From an uncultured Nitrosomonas sp. (lineage in GTDB: Bacteria > Pseudomonadota > Gammaproteobacteria > Burkholderiales > Nitrosomonadaceae): a stretch of DNA of 64,000 nt. Shown piece by piece: positions 20,992 through 30,182 of the stretch. The notes under the pieces were generated by a model. It saw only the letters and a program-made list of their open reading frames with translations, had not been told where the DNA came from and did no database searches. The stretch is taken from contig CADEDJ010000006.1 of NCBI GenBank assembly GCA_902826055.1, forward strand, positions 2,882 through 66,881, given 5' to 3'. The translations under genes and the position numbers were made by a program. The number at the start of each line of letters is the position of its first letter. The first letter of the stretch is position 1.

Positions 20992-22640
20992 AAAAGCACA
21001 AAAAGTGGCAACAATATCAGAAACATAAACCAAGGGGATAAACTAATCGGCACCTCAATGGTTTGAGGCTGTCCCCACGGCCCCTCAAAACCATCCGCTT
21101 CAATGGTTTTGAGGCGTAAATAATAAGTACCACTCGATGGCTTTGTAATCGTTACAGCAGAAGCCGTTGTCGATTCTTCATGAAGAATATCGATAAATGC
21201 ATTATCGCGCGCAAATTGAAAATGAAAGCTTTGACTTTGTGCCGCAGCACGCCATGCAAAAGTCATTTTATTTTCGTCCACTTGGGTTTCTTCCAATGAA
21301 GGTGCAGGATAAGGCACCCGAAAAGGCATCGAGTCACTCATCGGCCCCGCACCTTCAGTGGCGGAAACTGAGAAAATACGCCAAAAGTAATGTCCAGGCG
21401 CCAATGACTCCGACAGCACAAGGCTATTTTCCGTCACTTCGGGATTAAAATAAACCATGCGGGAAAAATCCGAATCCTGACTAATCATAATGGCATAATG
21501 CGATACTTCAGTTTGCTTTGCCCATTTAAACACTTGCTTATCCGGCTCTGCCGTTCCCTCGGGTAAAGGCGCGATAATGAAAGGAGCTTCCGGGCGAGCA
21601 TTGAGTGAAAAAGGAATAATGGCATCCTGTCCTTCGATTGATGATTCATCGATACCTCGAATTTTTAACCAATAATCGCCATCAGGAATATCACCGTCGC
21701 GAAAAGGTAAACTCATGGTGATAAATTCAGACAATAAATTTCTAAAATCTTTGTCGATAGCTATTTGCGCACGATAAGCATGAGCTCCAACTAGTGGTTT
21801 TAGTTGAATGACCAGTGGCAAGCTTTGATAATAACGCACGGTTTCAGTCAAATCCGGAGCTGGTAATAATTTTACCGGATGCGCAGGCGACTTACCTTTG
21901 TCAGTTACCGTACCATAACCCGCAAAAACACCAACACTTCTTTTTTTATCACTAACGCCTACTACTCCCGTCAATACTTCGCTACTGGTAGTTAATTGTT
22001 GGTTAATGATACCCACACGAAATTCTGTGCCGCGCACCGAGGTAATTGCAGAAGGTGTTTTAATCCGAAAACGCGTGCTTTTACCGGATGCTTTCGGCAC
22101 GGAACTTTCAGTACGTCCTTGATGCAAATCAATCAGTGTGTCAATTAAGCCATGATCACCAAAGATTTGCATAGTATTTAGGCGCAGATAGGTATTTTCT
22201 TGCAGGCGCAACCGTGATTTGTCAGCGAACTCAATAGTAACAAAAGCATCATCCTCACTGTGTATTTCATCACCTTCCAGCAATTCCATGCCAAGTTCGA
22301 TTGGCACTTCTGGTTGATTATTTCGCCTAAGAACAGCTTTGCCATGCACGCTCACTACATGTGCTGATGCAGTACCTAAGCGTTTTGTCCAGGCAAGAGG
22401 AATATGCAATTGAGTTCCGGGAGGTACAACATAGGGATTCTGTATTTTATTGAGTTGCTGCAATTGCTGCACATACCCGATATTTTTGAGATGACGCTCG
22501 GTCAAATTCCACAAATTGTCACCAGGTTTTATGCTGTACGTCCATTTGTCAGTAGCTGGAACATCAGCTGACAAGGCCATGAGCACAGCAAGCAGAAATG
22601 TGTGCCATCCAATTTTGCAATGACAACCCTTTAATCGCAT
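20988..22640 (-). CDS. LysM-FecR-fibronectin-like periplasmic protein with C-terminal TM anchor
   Basis: Signal peptide; LysM (YSIKPGDNLWNL...LNKIQNP); FecR (GDEIHS, IKTPSAITSVRGTEFRV); Ig/Fn3-like repeats; C-terminal hydrophobic helix. Confidence 0.85.
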   Translation of the reverse strand: MRLKGCHCKIGWHTFLLAVLMALSADVPATDKWTYSIKPGDNLWNLTERHLKNIGYVQQLQQLNKIQNPYVVPPGTQLHIPLAWTKRLGTASAHVVSVHGKAVLRRNNQPEVPIELGMELLEGDEIHSEDDAFVTIEFADKSRLRLQENTYLRLNTMQIFGDHGLIDTLIDLHQGRTESSVPKASGKSTRFRIKTPSAITSVRGTEFRVGIINQQLTTSSEVLTGVVGVSDKKRSVGVFAGYGTVTDKGKSPAHPVKLLPAPDLTETVRYYQSLPLVIQLKPLVGAHAYRAQIAIDKDFRNLLSEFITMSLPFRDGDIPDGDYWLKIRGIDESSIEGQDAIIPFSLNARPEAPFIIAPLPEGTAEPDKQVFKWAKQTEVSHYAIMISQDSDFSRMVYFNPEVTENSLVLSESLAPGHYFWRIFSVSATEGAGPMSDSMPFRVPYPAPSLEETQVDENKMTFAWRAAAQSQSFHFQFARDNAFIDILHEESTTASAVTITKPSSGTYYLRLKTIEADGFEGPWGQPQTIEVPISLSPWFMFLILLPLFVLL

Positions 22641-23265
22641 AGCATCTCCTTTTCTATCGACTATTTAATAAGCCATTGAAAACTACCTGTGTTATCGCTA
22701 TGTCGTTTAAAAATTCTTATTGATTGTGTACAAACTACGCTTTTTTACCGCGTTCTGCACTACATCGGCTTCGTCGATAATATTTTCAACGCCGTGCAAG
22801 GGTATTAACCTAATAACATCATAAGTACTGGATAACTGCTGCATTTAATGCGCTACTAACAAAATATAATGATATTTTTTAACAGTTTATCGTTAGGTTA
22901 ATTATTGAGCAATAGCTATTCGTTTAATCAGAAAAAATCTGTGCAAATTTGTTGAAACCTTTTATAAAACTCTTAGATAGAAAAACTTATCCATACAGAG
23001 AAAAGGTTGTGGCGATCACTCATTATCAATCATAAAAATTAAAAATCACCGATCCACTGATAAAAAAGCACAATTCCTCACAATTGTGAACAAAAGTAGT
23101 GTTAGAATTTTGGCGTTCAGCTATTTAATCTAGTTTATAAATTGAAATTAAAATGGATCAAAAAGCTGTGACAAGAGGTTTGCCCTTTCTTTAAGTTACT
23201 TTGAATATGGCAAGTATGAGTTAGAACGTATAACCAAAAGACCAATCATTACAAAGGATATTAAA

Positions 23266-24246
23266 ATGTTTGAAAGTTTAAAAAATCTGTTAAAACATTT
23301 TACAGGCGACCAAGAAAAAGAAGCTATCGCGCCTGCTACAGCTAGTCAGCAACCTGCATCAACCCTTCATGCTACAAAAAAGAGTAACTCCCCTTATCAC
23401 GCCTTAGGTGATTTTAATTTAGGTATAGGCACCATTGGACCAGCCAATCGCAATGATATCGATCAAAAGGTTTTAATTGACATGTACCAGTCAGTTGCCG
23501 CTGGAGAATTTAACATACCCACAAACGGTGTAGTTCCGGAAATTTGTGTCGATGGCCGCACTGATAAGGATGGCAAACGAAAGAGTGCCCCTTGTGCTGC
23601 CGGCGGTACCTTAAGCATTGTTTATGGAAGTGATCTTGGTGGAACGCCAGCTACTAATGATATCAATGAAATACAATTAACAACTCGCATCATTAATACA
23701 TTAAAAGAAAAAGGCCATAATACGGGTGTACATGGCGATGATCATAGTAGTTGTGGTTGTGGTGCTTGCTCAAAGGCACCTACTATTTATCAACATATCA
23801 CAGAGCACATTAATGACATCGCGTCATTAATCAGTCAATACGGTATCAATCTAACAGATGTAGAAAAAGGAGCAATTCTTAATCAAGCTAAGAATCGTTT
23901 AAATCAACCTGATTTCTTTGCGAATGATAGAGCAACTGTTGTGCAGACTGCACAAGATTGCGGTGCTGCTTACGAAGAACTGGTGGGTGCACACAACGAG
24001 TTAGGTATCGCGTTAAATACCAAATCAGGTACTACCGTTGATCGTTCTGCAATCCGGGCAAAATACGGACCTCAATATGATATGTTCGTTGTCGACGCAT
24101 GGGCATTTGGAACTGCTGCAAAAGATATCAACAGCAATGGCAGTGACGAGTATACACAGCGCATCGCCAAAGCAATCACGCTGCAAAATGTAGCAACGGC
24201 CTCCGTATTAGGGCATGGCTCTTTAAATATCATACCTGTTGCTTAA
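23266..24246 (+). CDS. Zeta-class (cadmium-type, CDCA-like) carbonic anhydrase-like protein
   Basis: CVDGR ... AAGG ... VHGDDHSSCGCG reproduces the Cys/His/Cys metal-ligand layout of CDCA1 repeats. Confidence 0.68.
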   Translation: MFESLKNLLKHFTGDQEKEAIAPATASQQPASTLHATKKSNSPYHALGDFNLGIGTIGPANRNDIDQKVLIDMYQSVAAGEFNIPTNGVVPEICVDGRTDKDGKRKSAPCAAGGTLSIVYGSDLGGTPATNDINEIQLTTRIINTLKEKGHNTGVHGDDHSSCGCGACSKAPTIYQHITEHINDIASLISQYGINLTDVEKGAILNQAKNRLNQPDFFANDRATVVQTAQDCGAAYEELVGAHNELGIALNTKSGTTVDRSAIRAKYGPQYDMFVVDAWAFGTAAKDINSNGSDEYTQRIAKAITLQNVATASVLGHGSLNIIPVA

Positions 24247-24259
24247 TTTACCTATCATG

Positions 24260-24300
24260 AGGCGCAAAGTTTTTCTTTTAAAGAATCTACTTCTGCGCCT
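24260..24300. terminator. Hairpin between convergent genes
   Basis: AGGCGCA ... TGCGCCT arms followed by TTT. Confidence 0.5.
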
Positions 24301-24310
24301 TTCAAAACAA

Positions 24311-24760
24311 TTATTGAAAATTGATTTGTTGGTACACAGGTAAATTTCGAATAGCATCCGCGTTACTGCTTGAAAATACCCGTTCAATTGCCTGTTGCCA
24401 AGGTACCCAAATAAAGTTCAAATGCTCACGCGGAGCAATCCGAATGGCCTTGATTGCGGGTAAACATAAGCCAAACACATGCTCGGTATTAAACCGCACA
24501 CCCGGTGCATAACGCCAGCGCCATTCCTCATAGATTTCATATTGATTTTCAATGTGCCAATCCGTTAATGCATAATCGGCAGCATTCAAGCCGGTTTCCT
24601 CCGATACCTCGCGTAATGCAGTCTGTAGCAATGTTTCTCCAGGATTTTGACTACCAGTAACCGATTGCCAATACCCTGGGTGGTCAGCTCGCTCTAACAA
24701 CAAAACCTGTAAATCGGCAGTATGAATAATTACTAGAACAGAAACCGGTATTTTGTGCAT
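24311..24760 (-). CDS. nudB: Dihydroneopterin triphosphate diphosphatase (Nudix)
   Basis: KIPVSVLV, WQSVTGS, Nudix box GET..TALREVSEETG, NTEHVF; directly downstream of aspS. Confidence 0.93.
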   Translation of the reverse strand: MHKIPVSVLVIIHTADLQVLLLERADHPGYWQSVTGSQNPGETLLQTALREVSEETGLNAADYALTDWHIENQYEIYEEWRWRYAPGVRFNTEHVFGLCLPAIKAIRIAPREHLNFIWVPWQQAIERVFSSSNADAIRNLPVYQQINFQ

Positions 24761-24779
24761 CAGAACATGTAGTTATTGA

Positions 24780-26561
24780 TCAACCTGGTTTGGTTTCAGT
24801 TTGGCGCAAACGGATGTTTAATTCTCTTAATTGTTTCTCATCTACAGTACTCGGTGCATGAGTAAGCAAACATTGTGCGCGTTGCGTTTTAGGAAATGCA
24901 ATCACATCACGGATTGACTCTGAACCGGTCATCATGGTCAAAATACGATCCAGACCAAATGCAATACCACCATGCGGAGGTGCGCCATATTGCAGCGCTT
25001 CAAGCAAGAATCCGAATTTCTCCTGTGCCTCCTGAGCGGAAATATTTAATGCACGAAACACCTTGGATTGCACATCCTGGCGATGAATCCGCACTGATCC
25101 GCCGCCAATCTCCGAACCGTTCAGCACCATATCATAAGCCTTGGATAGTGCTTTACCAGGATCTGTTTCCAGCAAATCCTCGTGCCCATCAGCCGGTGAA
25201 GTAAATGGATGATGCAATGCTTGCCAGCGATTTTCTTCCTCGTCACGTTCAAACATTGGAAAATCAACTACCCATAATGGTCTCCAGCCAGACTCGGCAT
25301 GTCCATGTTGATGACCAATTTTAATTCGCAGCGCCCCTAAGGACTCATTGACGATTTTAGCTTTATCTGCGCCGAAGAAAATGAGGTCACCACTCTTGGC
25401 GTTTGTTCGTGCAAGAATCGTTTGAATTGTTTCCTCTGGCAAAAACTTCAAGATCGGTGATTGCAATCCTTCCATACCGGTGGCGAGATTATTAACTTTA
25501 ATGTACGCCAAGCCCTTGGCACCGTAGATCGCGACAAACTGCGTGTAGTCATCAATTTCTTTCCGTGATAATTCCCCACCCTTAGGTACGCATAATGCAG
25601 CGACACGGCCATCCACTTTTTCCGCAGCTTCGCGGAATACCTTGAATGGCACTTCTTTCATAATATCCGTTAGCTCGGTAAACTGCAGTGGAACGCGTAA
25701 ATCCGGCTTGTCTGAACCATATTTGAACATAGCATCTGCATATGTTAGGCGGGGAAATGGATTGGGCAAATCGAGATTGCTCACTGTTTTAAACAAGCCA
25801 CGTATCATTTCTTCCATCAACAACATGATTTCATTGGCAGATAAAAACGAAGTTTCGATATCGATTTGTGTGAACTCCGGTTGCCGGTCAGCACGTAAAT
25901 CTTCGTCGCGGAAACAACGTGTAATCTGGTAATAACGGTCAAAACCCGATACCATCAACAGTTGCTTGAATAATTGTGGCGACTGCGGCAACGCAAAAAA
26001 ATGCCCGGCGTTAACCCGCGATGGCACCAAATAATCCCGCGCACCTTCCGGTGTGGATTTCGTCAACATCGGCGTTTCAATGTCCAGAAATCCGTGCTGA
26101 TCCAGAAATACGCGTACTGCCATCGCCACTTTGTGACGTAAACGTAAATTGGATTGCATCACCGGACGCCGTAAATCTAGATAACGATGTTCTAATCGCA
26201 CCACTTCACTCAGGTTATCGTCATCCATCAAAAATGGCGGCGTCAGCGAGCTATTCAGCACATCGATGGTGACGACCAAAATTTCAATTTCACCGCTAAC
26301 TAAGGCCGTATTAATTGTTCCCTCAGGGCGCCGTCTAACTTTCCCAGTAATTTTCAACACAAATTCATTGCGTATTTTCTCCGCAGTTTGAAATGTTTCC
26401 ACATTATCTGGATCACACACGATTTGCACCAGCCCCTCACGGTCGCGCAAGTCAATGAATATCACACCACCGTGATCTCTGCGCCGATGCACCCAACCAA
26501 AGAGTGTCACCGTTTGATTAAGATACGCGGTATTAATGGCGCCACAGTAATTTGTACGCAT
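24780..26561 (-). CDS. aspS: Aspartate--tRNA ligase, probably non-discriminating (Asp/Asn)
   Basis: [65 protein letters not shown]. Confidence 0.98.
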   Translation of the reverse strand: MRTNYCGAINTAYLNQTVTLFGWVHRRRDHGGVIFIDLRDREGLVQIVCDPDNVETFQTAEKIRNEFVLKITGKVRRRPEGTINTALVSGEIEILVVTIDVLNSSLTPPFLMDDDNLSEVVRLEHRYLDLRRPVMQSNLRLRHKVAMAVRVFLDQHGFLDIETPMLTKSTPEGARDYLVPSRVNAGHFFALPQSPQLFKQLLMVSGFDRYYQITRCFRDEDLRADRQPEFTQIDIETSFLSANEIMLLMEEMIRGLFKTVSNLDLPNPFPRLTYADAMFKYGSDKPDLRVPLQFTELTDIMKEVPFKVFREAAEKVDGRVAALCVPKGGELSRKEIDDYTQFVAIYGAKGLAYIKVNNLATGMEGLQSPILKFLPEETIQTILARTNAKSGDLIFFGADKAKIVNESLGALRIKIGHQHGHAESGWRPLWVVDFPMFERDEEENRWQALHHPFTSPADGHEDLLETDPGKALSKAYDMVLNGSEIGGGSVRIHRQDVQSKVFRALNISAQEAQEKFGFLLEALQYGAPPHGGIAFGLDRILTMMTGSESIRDVIAFPKTQRAQCLLTHAPSTVDEKQLRELNIRLRQTETKPG

Positions 26562-26637
26562 AGTTCTTTCTATTCAGTTATTTGAAGGAAAAATTGTTTT
26601 CTGGATACCATAATGGAGCAAAACCACAATATTGTGA

Positions 26638-26961
26638 TCAGTCAGTCGCTGTTTTCACAGCAGTAGAGTTGTTCTCTTTTTTTGCTGGCGTATCCGCAGG
26701 AGAAGAAGCAGGTGCTGTAGATGATGGGTTTTCGGTGTTTTCTTTTACTGCGGATTTGGTCTCTACCGCTTTTGCTTTGCTGTTCTTGAAATCGGTCACA
26801 TACCAACCGCTACCTTTTAATTGAAATCCCGCAGCAGAAATACGTTTAATGTAGTTGCTACCGCCGCAAACAGGACAAACTGCAATGGGTGCATCGTTAA
26901 TCTTCTGTATATGCTCTTTCTCAGCACCACATGAATTGCAAAGATATTCATAAATTGGCAT
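26638..26961 (-). CDS. FmdB-family zinc ribbon protein
   Basis: MPIYEYLCNSCG...CPVCG...FQLKGSGWYVTDF. Confidence 0.92.
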   Translation of the reverse strand: MPIYEYLCNSCGAEKEHIQKINDAPIAVCPVCGGSNYIKRISAAGFQLKGSGWYVTDFKNSKAKAVETKSAVKENTENPSSTAPASSPADTPAKKENNSTAVKTATD

Positions 26962-27082
26962 AGAGACCCCCAACAATTCAAAATTGAGAAATCGCGCATT
27001 ATACCTTACCCATCTCAGTTTATATGCATCATTACCCGTTCAATTTTAGAAAAATATAGAAATTTAGACTGATTATGCGAGT

Positions 27083-27106
27083 CCGCCTTATATACCGCCT
27101 TATATA
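27083..27106. repeat. Tandem 12-bp duplication
   Basis: CCGCCTTATATA x2. Confidence 0.8.
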
Positions 27107-27633
27107 AAACTTGTCAGAAATTGAGTTAAGTCACACGTCCCGCCACAATAATTTGGGTTCGAAATGAATTGGCAGGAAGTGACAGATGTTAAATGGATGC
27201 CTGCATGTGAAGATGATGGATGCTCAGAAGAACAGTTGTAGTTGTAATACTAAAGTGACAAATGATCAATGGCTTAAATGTCCACAGGGGAAAGGGTTAT
27301 GACCTCGCGTTCGTGAATCGGCTCAGTTTTTCCCAGAAGACCGGTAGTTATAGAGTCAATCCATCTTATCCAACTCCTCCAGTTGGCGGTAATAGTGCAT
27401 CAATCTTTGCGGAACCGAACTCTGCCGGAAAATTATTACTTCTCCAATGTATTGAAAGATCGTAATCGACAGTTTGCCAATGACTACAGTTATCGGCGCT
27501 ACTATCATGAATCATTCAATAATATCTAACACCGACAGATACCTTGCACACATCTTATTGCAGACCCTTACTTTTCTATTTTGAGTCGTATCAATACTCA
27601 CCGTCACGCCTCATTTTTATTTTGTAAAATTTC

Positions 27634-28482
27634 TTACCTTAATTCAACCCACACGGGTTGATGGTCTGAAGCTTGCGTCACCGAATCAATACCATGCACT
27701 CTAAGACAATCTGACAATTCATCGGTAATAAAAATAAAATCAAAACACTCCGGTTGATCAACAAAATTAACTGGATGAATACCAACAGTAGGTGCATGCG
27801 CAATCCCAGGATTTAATATAGACCAGGTATCAAGAAAGTTAGGTGCGTCACTGTAAAATGGGGCGAGAATCTGCATATGTTCAGGTGCCGTAGCCGCAAA
27901 ATTTAAATCACCGCACAGTAAAGCTTGAGTAGGGCGAGAAAAAACTTCAAAAGTTCCACCTTTTTCTTCGGCCAAAAAGCTGCGTTTTGACATGATGCAT
28001 GCCTCATCATGCAACTGACGAATGGCGTCGATTTGGATTTTACGTTGGTGTTGCGAATAGTATTCGAGGTGCGTAGTCATTACACGAAGCGGTCCGATAT
28101 CCGCTGTTACGATCGCTTCAATCAACACCCGTTGCATGCTGGGCGTTGTCAATTCAGCCTGCCAGGGTAGCAAATGCCGCCACACTTGACCTACAGGTAA
28201 TCGTGAAAATATAACATTACCAAAAAGACTACGACCACCATGTCCATCTGGAACATCTGTCGCAACGGCATAAATCGCAGTATAACCGGGCAATCCAGCT
28301 AATAGCTCAGCCACTTGATTTTCACCACTACTACCAGGCAAGTTGGGAAAGTTAACCGCCACTTCCTGCAGGCAGATAACATCAAATTCATCTATTTGAT
28401 GAATGGTATGCAAAATACGAGAGAGATCGACTCGTCCATCAATACCTCTCCCCCATTGAATATTCCAGCTCAGCAATTTCAT
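27634..28482 (-). CDS. Endonuclease/exonuclease/phosphatase (EEP) family protein
   Basis: LLSWNIQWG, ICLQEV, THLEY, LCGDLN, FDFIF, ASDHQPV. Confidence 0.92.
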   Translation of the reverse strand: MKLLSWNIQWGRGIDGRVDLSRILHTIHQIDEFDVICLQEVAVNFPNLPGSSGENQVAELLAGLPGYTAIYAVATDVPDGHGGRSLFGNVIFSRLPVGQVWRHLLPWQAELTTPSMQRVLIEAIVTADIGPLRVMTTHLEYYSQHQRKIQIDAIRQLHDEACIMSKRSFLAEEKGGTFEVFSRPTQALLCGDLNFAATAPEHMQILAPFYSDAPNFLDTWSILNPGIAHAPTVGIHPVNFVDQPECFDFIFITDELSDCLRVHGIDSVTQASDHQPVWVELR

Positions 28483-28695
28483 TATTTCTCCTATCACTAG
28501 CTTCATGAAAGACTGAAAACACGTGCAATATTAAGTAATAGAATAAACCTGATAGTTTGACTGGATATCAAGAAATAAATTACACACAGCTATCAATTTT
28601 TTATTAACCAATTAATTTATAAACTATAAATTAAATAAAAATAGTTTATCTAAAAGAAATTTACCTATTTTTATAAGAAAAATCTTACAAACCAT

Positions 28696-28724
28696 TTGAC
28701 ATAGTATTATTCCGCACGTATAGT
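28696..28724 (+). promoter_or_regulatory. Sigma70-type promoter
   Basis: TTGACA (28696-28701), 17-bp spacer, TATAGT (28719-28724). Confidence 0.65.
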
Positions 28725-28801
28725 TAATTTTTGTGGGAAAAATTTACACAACTATAGCAGTAAAATGGGCGCTAGCGAATTTAAACCACAGGGAAGAAGA
28801 T

Positions 28802-29200
28802 ATGAAATCAATGATCATTAAAACCTCAGCAGCTTTTAGTAATGGTTTTTGCAGTCTTAGCACCACCGCGTTTTTTAGCATTGATACAAATGCAGCTGAG
28901 ATTCGGGTTGAATGTAAAAAAATCTGATTGGTCAAGGACCTCTATTGATGACAATAATAAAACCCTTGGCAACTGCGGTATAAAAATCACTTCCGGTAGC
29001 GGCGCAAAAAGTTCTACACCAGAACCAATTGCAGGTGAGGAAATAGCATTTGACTTTGATAGTAATTGTAATAATGTTGCAATGAGTGCACACGCATTAG
29101 CCAGAGTTTCATCCAGAATAGGCAACTAAGAGGCAAACTCGTTAACGAGAGAAGTTTTATTGTTGCACTACGAGCACTAGCATCGATAAGGTTAACTTGA
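28802..29200 (+). pseudogene. Frameshifted gene for a small secreted protein
   Basis: Signal-peptide-like start MKSMIIKTSAAF..AAEIRVECKK; continues in another frame (SDWSRTSIDD...GEEIAFDFDSN); returns to the first frame (FIQNRQLRGKLVN); at least 2 frameshifts, one at an A7 run. Confidence 0.55.
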
Positions 29201-29244
29201 TCAAATTATAGTCAATATTAATCTGACAGCTAACATGTTTATCT

Positions 29245-29287
29245 AAGCCCTGGAATACATTCACCCTCCGGTGTTTTCAGGGCTTTT
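29245..29287 (+). terminator. Rho-independent terminator
   Basis: AAGCCCTG...CAGGGCTT followed by T-run. Confidence 0.55.
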
Positions 29288-29535
29288 AACGAGCTTCTTA
29301 CTATAAAATTTTCTTAATTTTTAGAGCAATTTTCACTCAAAGATTTGTAAGAAATTTTAAGTGCAGGAGTATTTTCTTGATCACAAGTGCCGTAGCACTA
29401 AACCAGATATCATTTATTGAGAAACTCTAACTCTTGTTAGAAATATCACATCGTTTATCACGGCGGCTACTTAAACTTATGTAGTTACTTATTCAAACAT
29501 ATACAACAGGTAAGAATATTCAATTTATATATTCC

Positions 29536-30075
29536 ATGCTCAAGTCTGTCATTATTATTTTTGTTGCAATTCATATCATATCAATACCTGCAGTGGCCAC
29601 TGCCAGCTCGAAATCTACTATAAACCGTCAATTCAGAGATAATATTATCGATTCTGGTCGGATGACCGGTTTTTTAACGAATATTGACTATGATTGCTGT
29701 GGTAATCCTCTTTATAATTGCACTAACACTTCCATTAATTCACCGGGGTTTTATAAGGCCATCGCAGCAGATTGGATTAACCCTATCATTCGCTATAGTA
29801 ATTTTCAAATAGCACCCACGAAGATTGAATTTAGAAATTTTAGTAATAAAAAATCATGTCCATCACCATGTCTAGCAGCAAGTGGATTTAGCTTAAATCC
29901 AATGTTAGTTCCATCCAATATTCCTGCCTCACCGATTCCAAAACCTGACCTTCTTACAATCTTATTAACCTATTTCGGGTTGCAAGGGCTTATTACAATG
30001 ACAAAAACAAGAACAAAAATAAGAGAAAACAGAAGACACATGGAAATAGGGCTAAAATTCGCATTCAACCCATAA
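29536..30075 (+). CDS. Secreted protein with degenerate PEP-CTERM-like sorting tail
   Basis: Signal peptide; SPIPKPDLLTILLTYFGLQGLI followed by basic residues; Cys-rich core. Confidence 0.5.
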   Translation: MLKSVIIIFVAIHIISIPAVATASSKSTINRQFRDNIIDSGRMTGFLTNIDYDCCGNPLYNCTNTSINSPGFYKAIAADWINPIIRYSNFQIAPTKIEFRNFSNKKSCPSPCLAASGFSLNPMLVPSNIPASPIPKPDLLTILLTYFGLQGLITMTKTRTKIRENRRHMEIGLKFAFNP

Positions 30076-30182
30076 TGCTTATTCTCCAACCACCGATGTG
30101 GTCAACAAAATGTGGCCTGTCTAGGAAATTTCCTACCACCGAGAGCTAGAGGCTCGGGGCGGAGTTGAAAAAGCCTTCATAA

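Noticed and set aside
27140-27180. GGGTTCGAAAT resembling a tRNA T-loop
   Set aside because: No cloverleaf stems or acceptor arm around it
27262-27465. 67-aa ORF in the fmdB-EEP spacer
   Set aside because: No RBS, motif or compositional support
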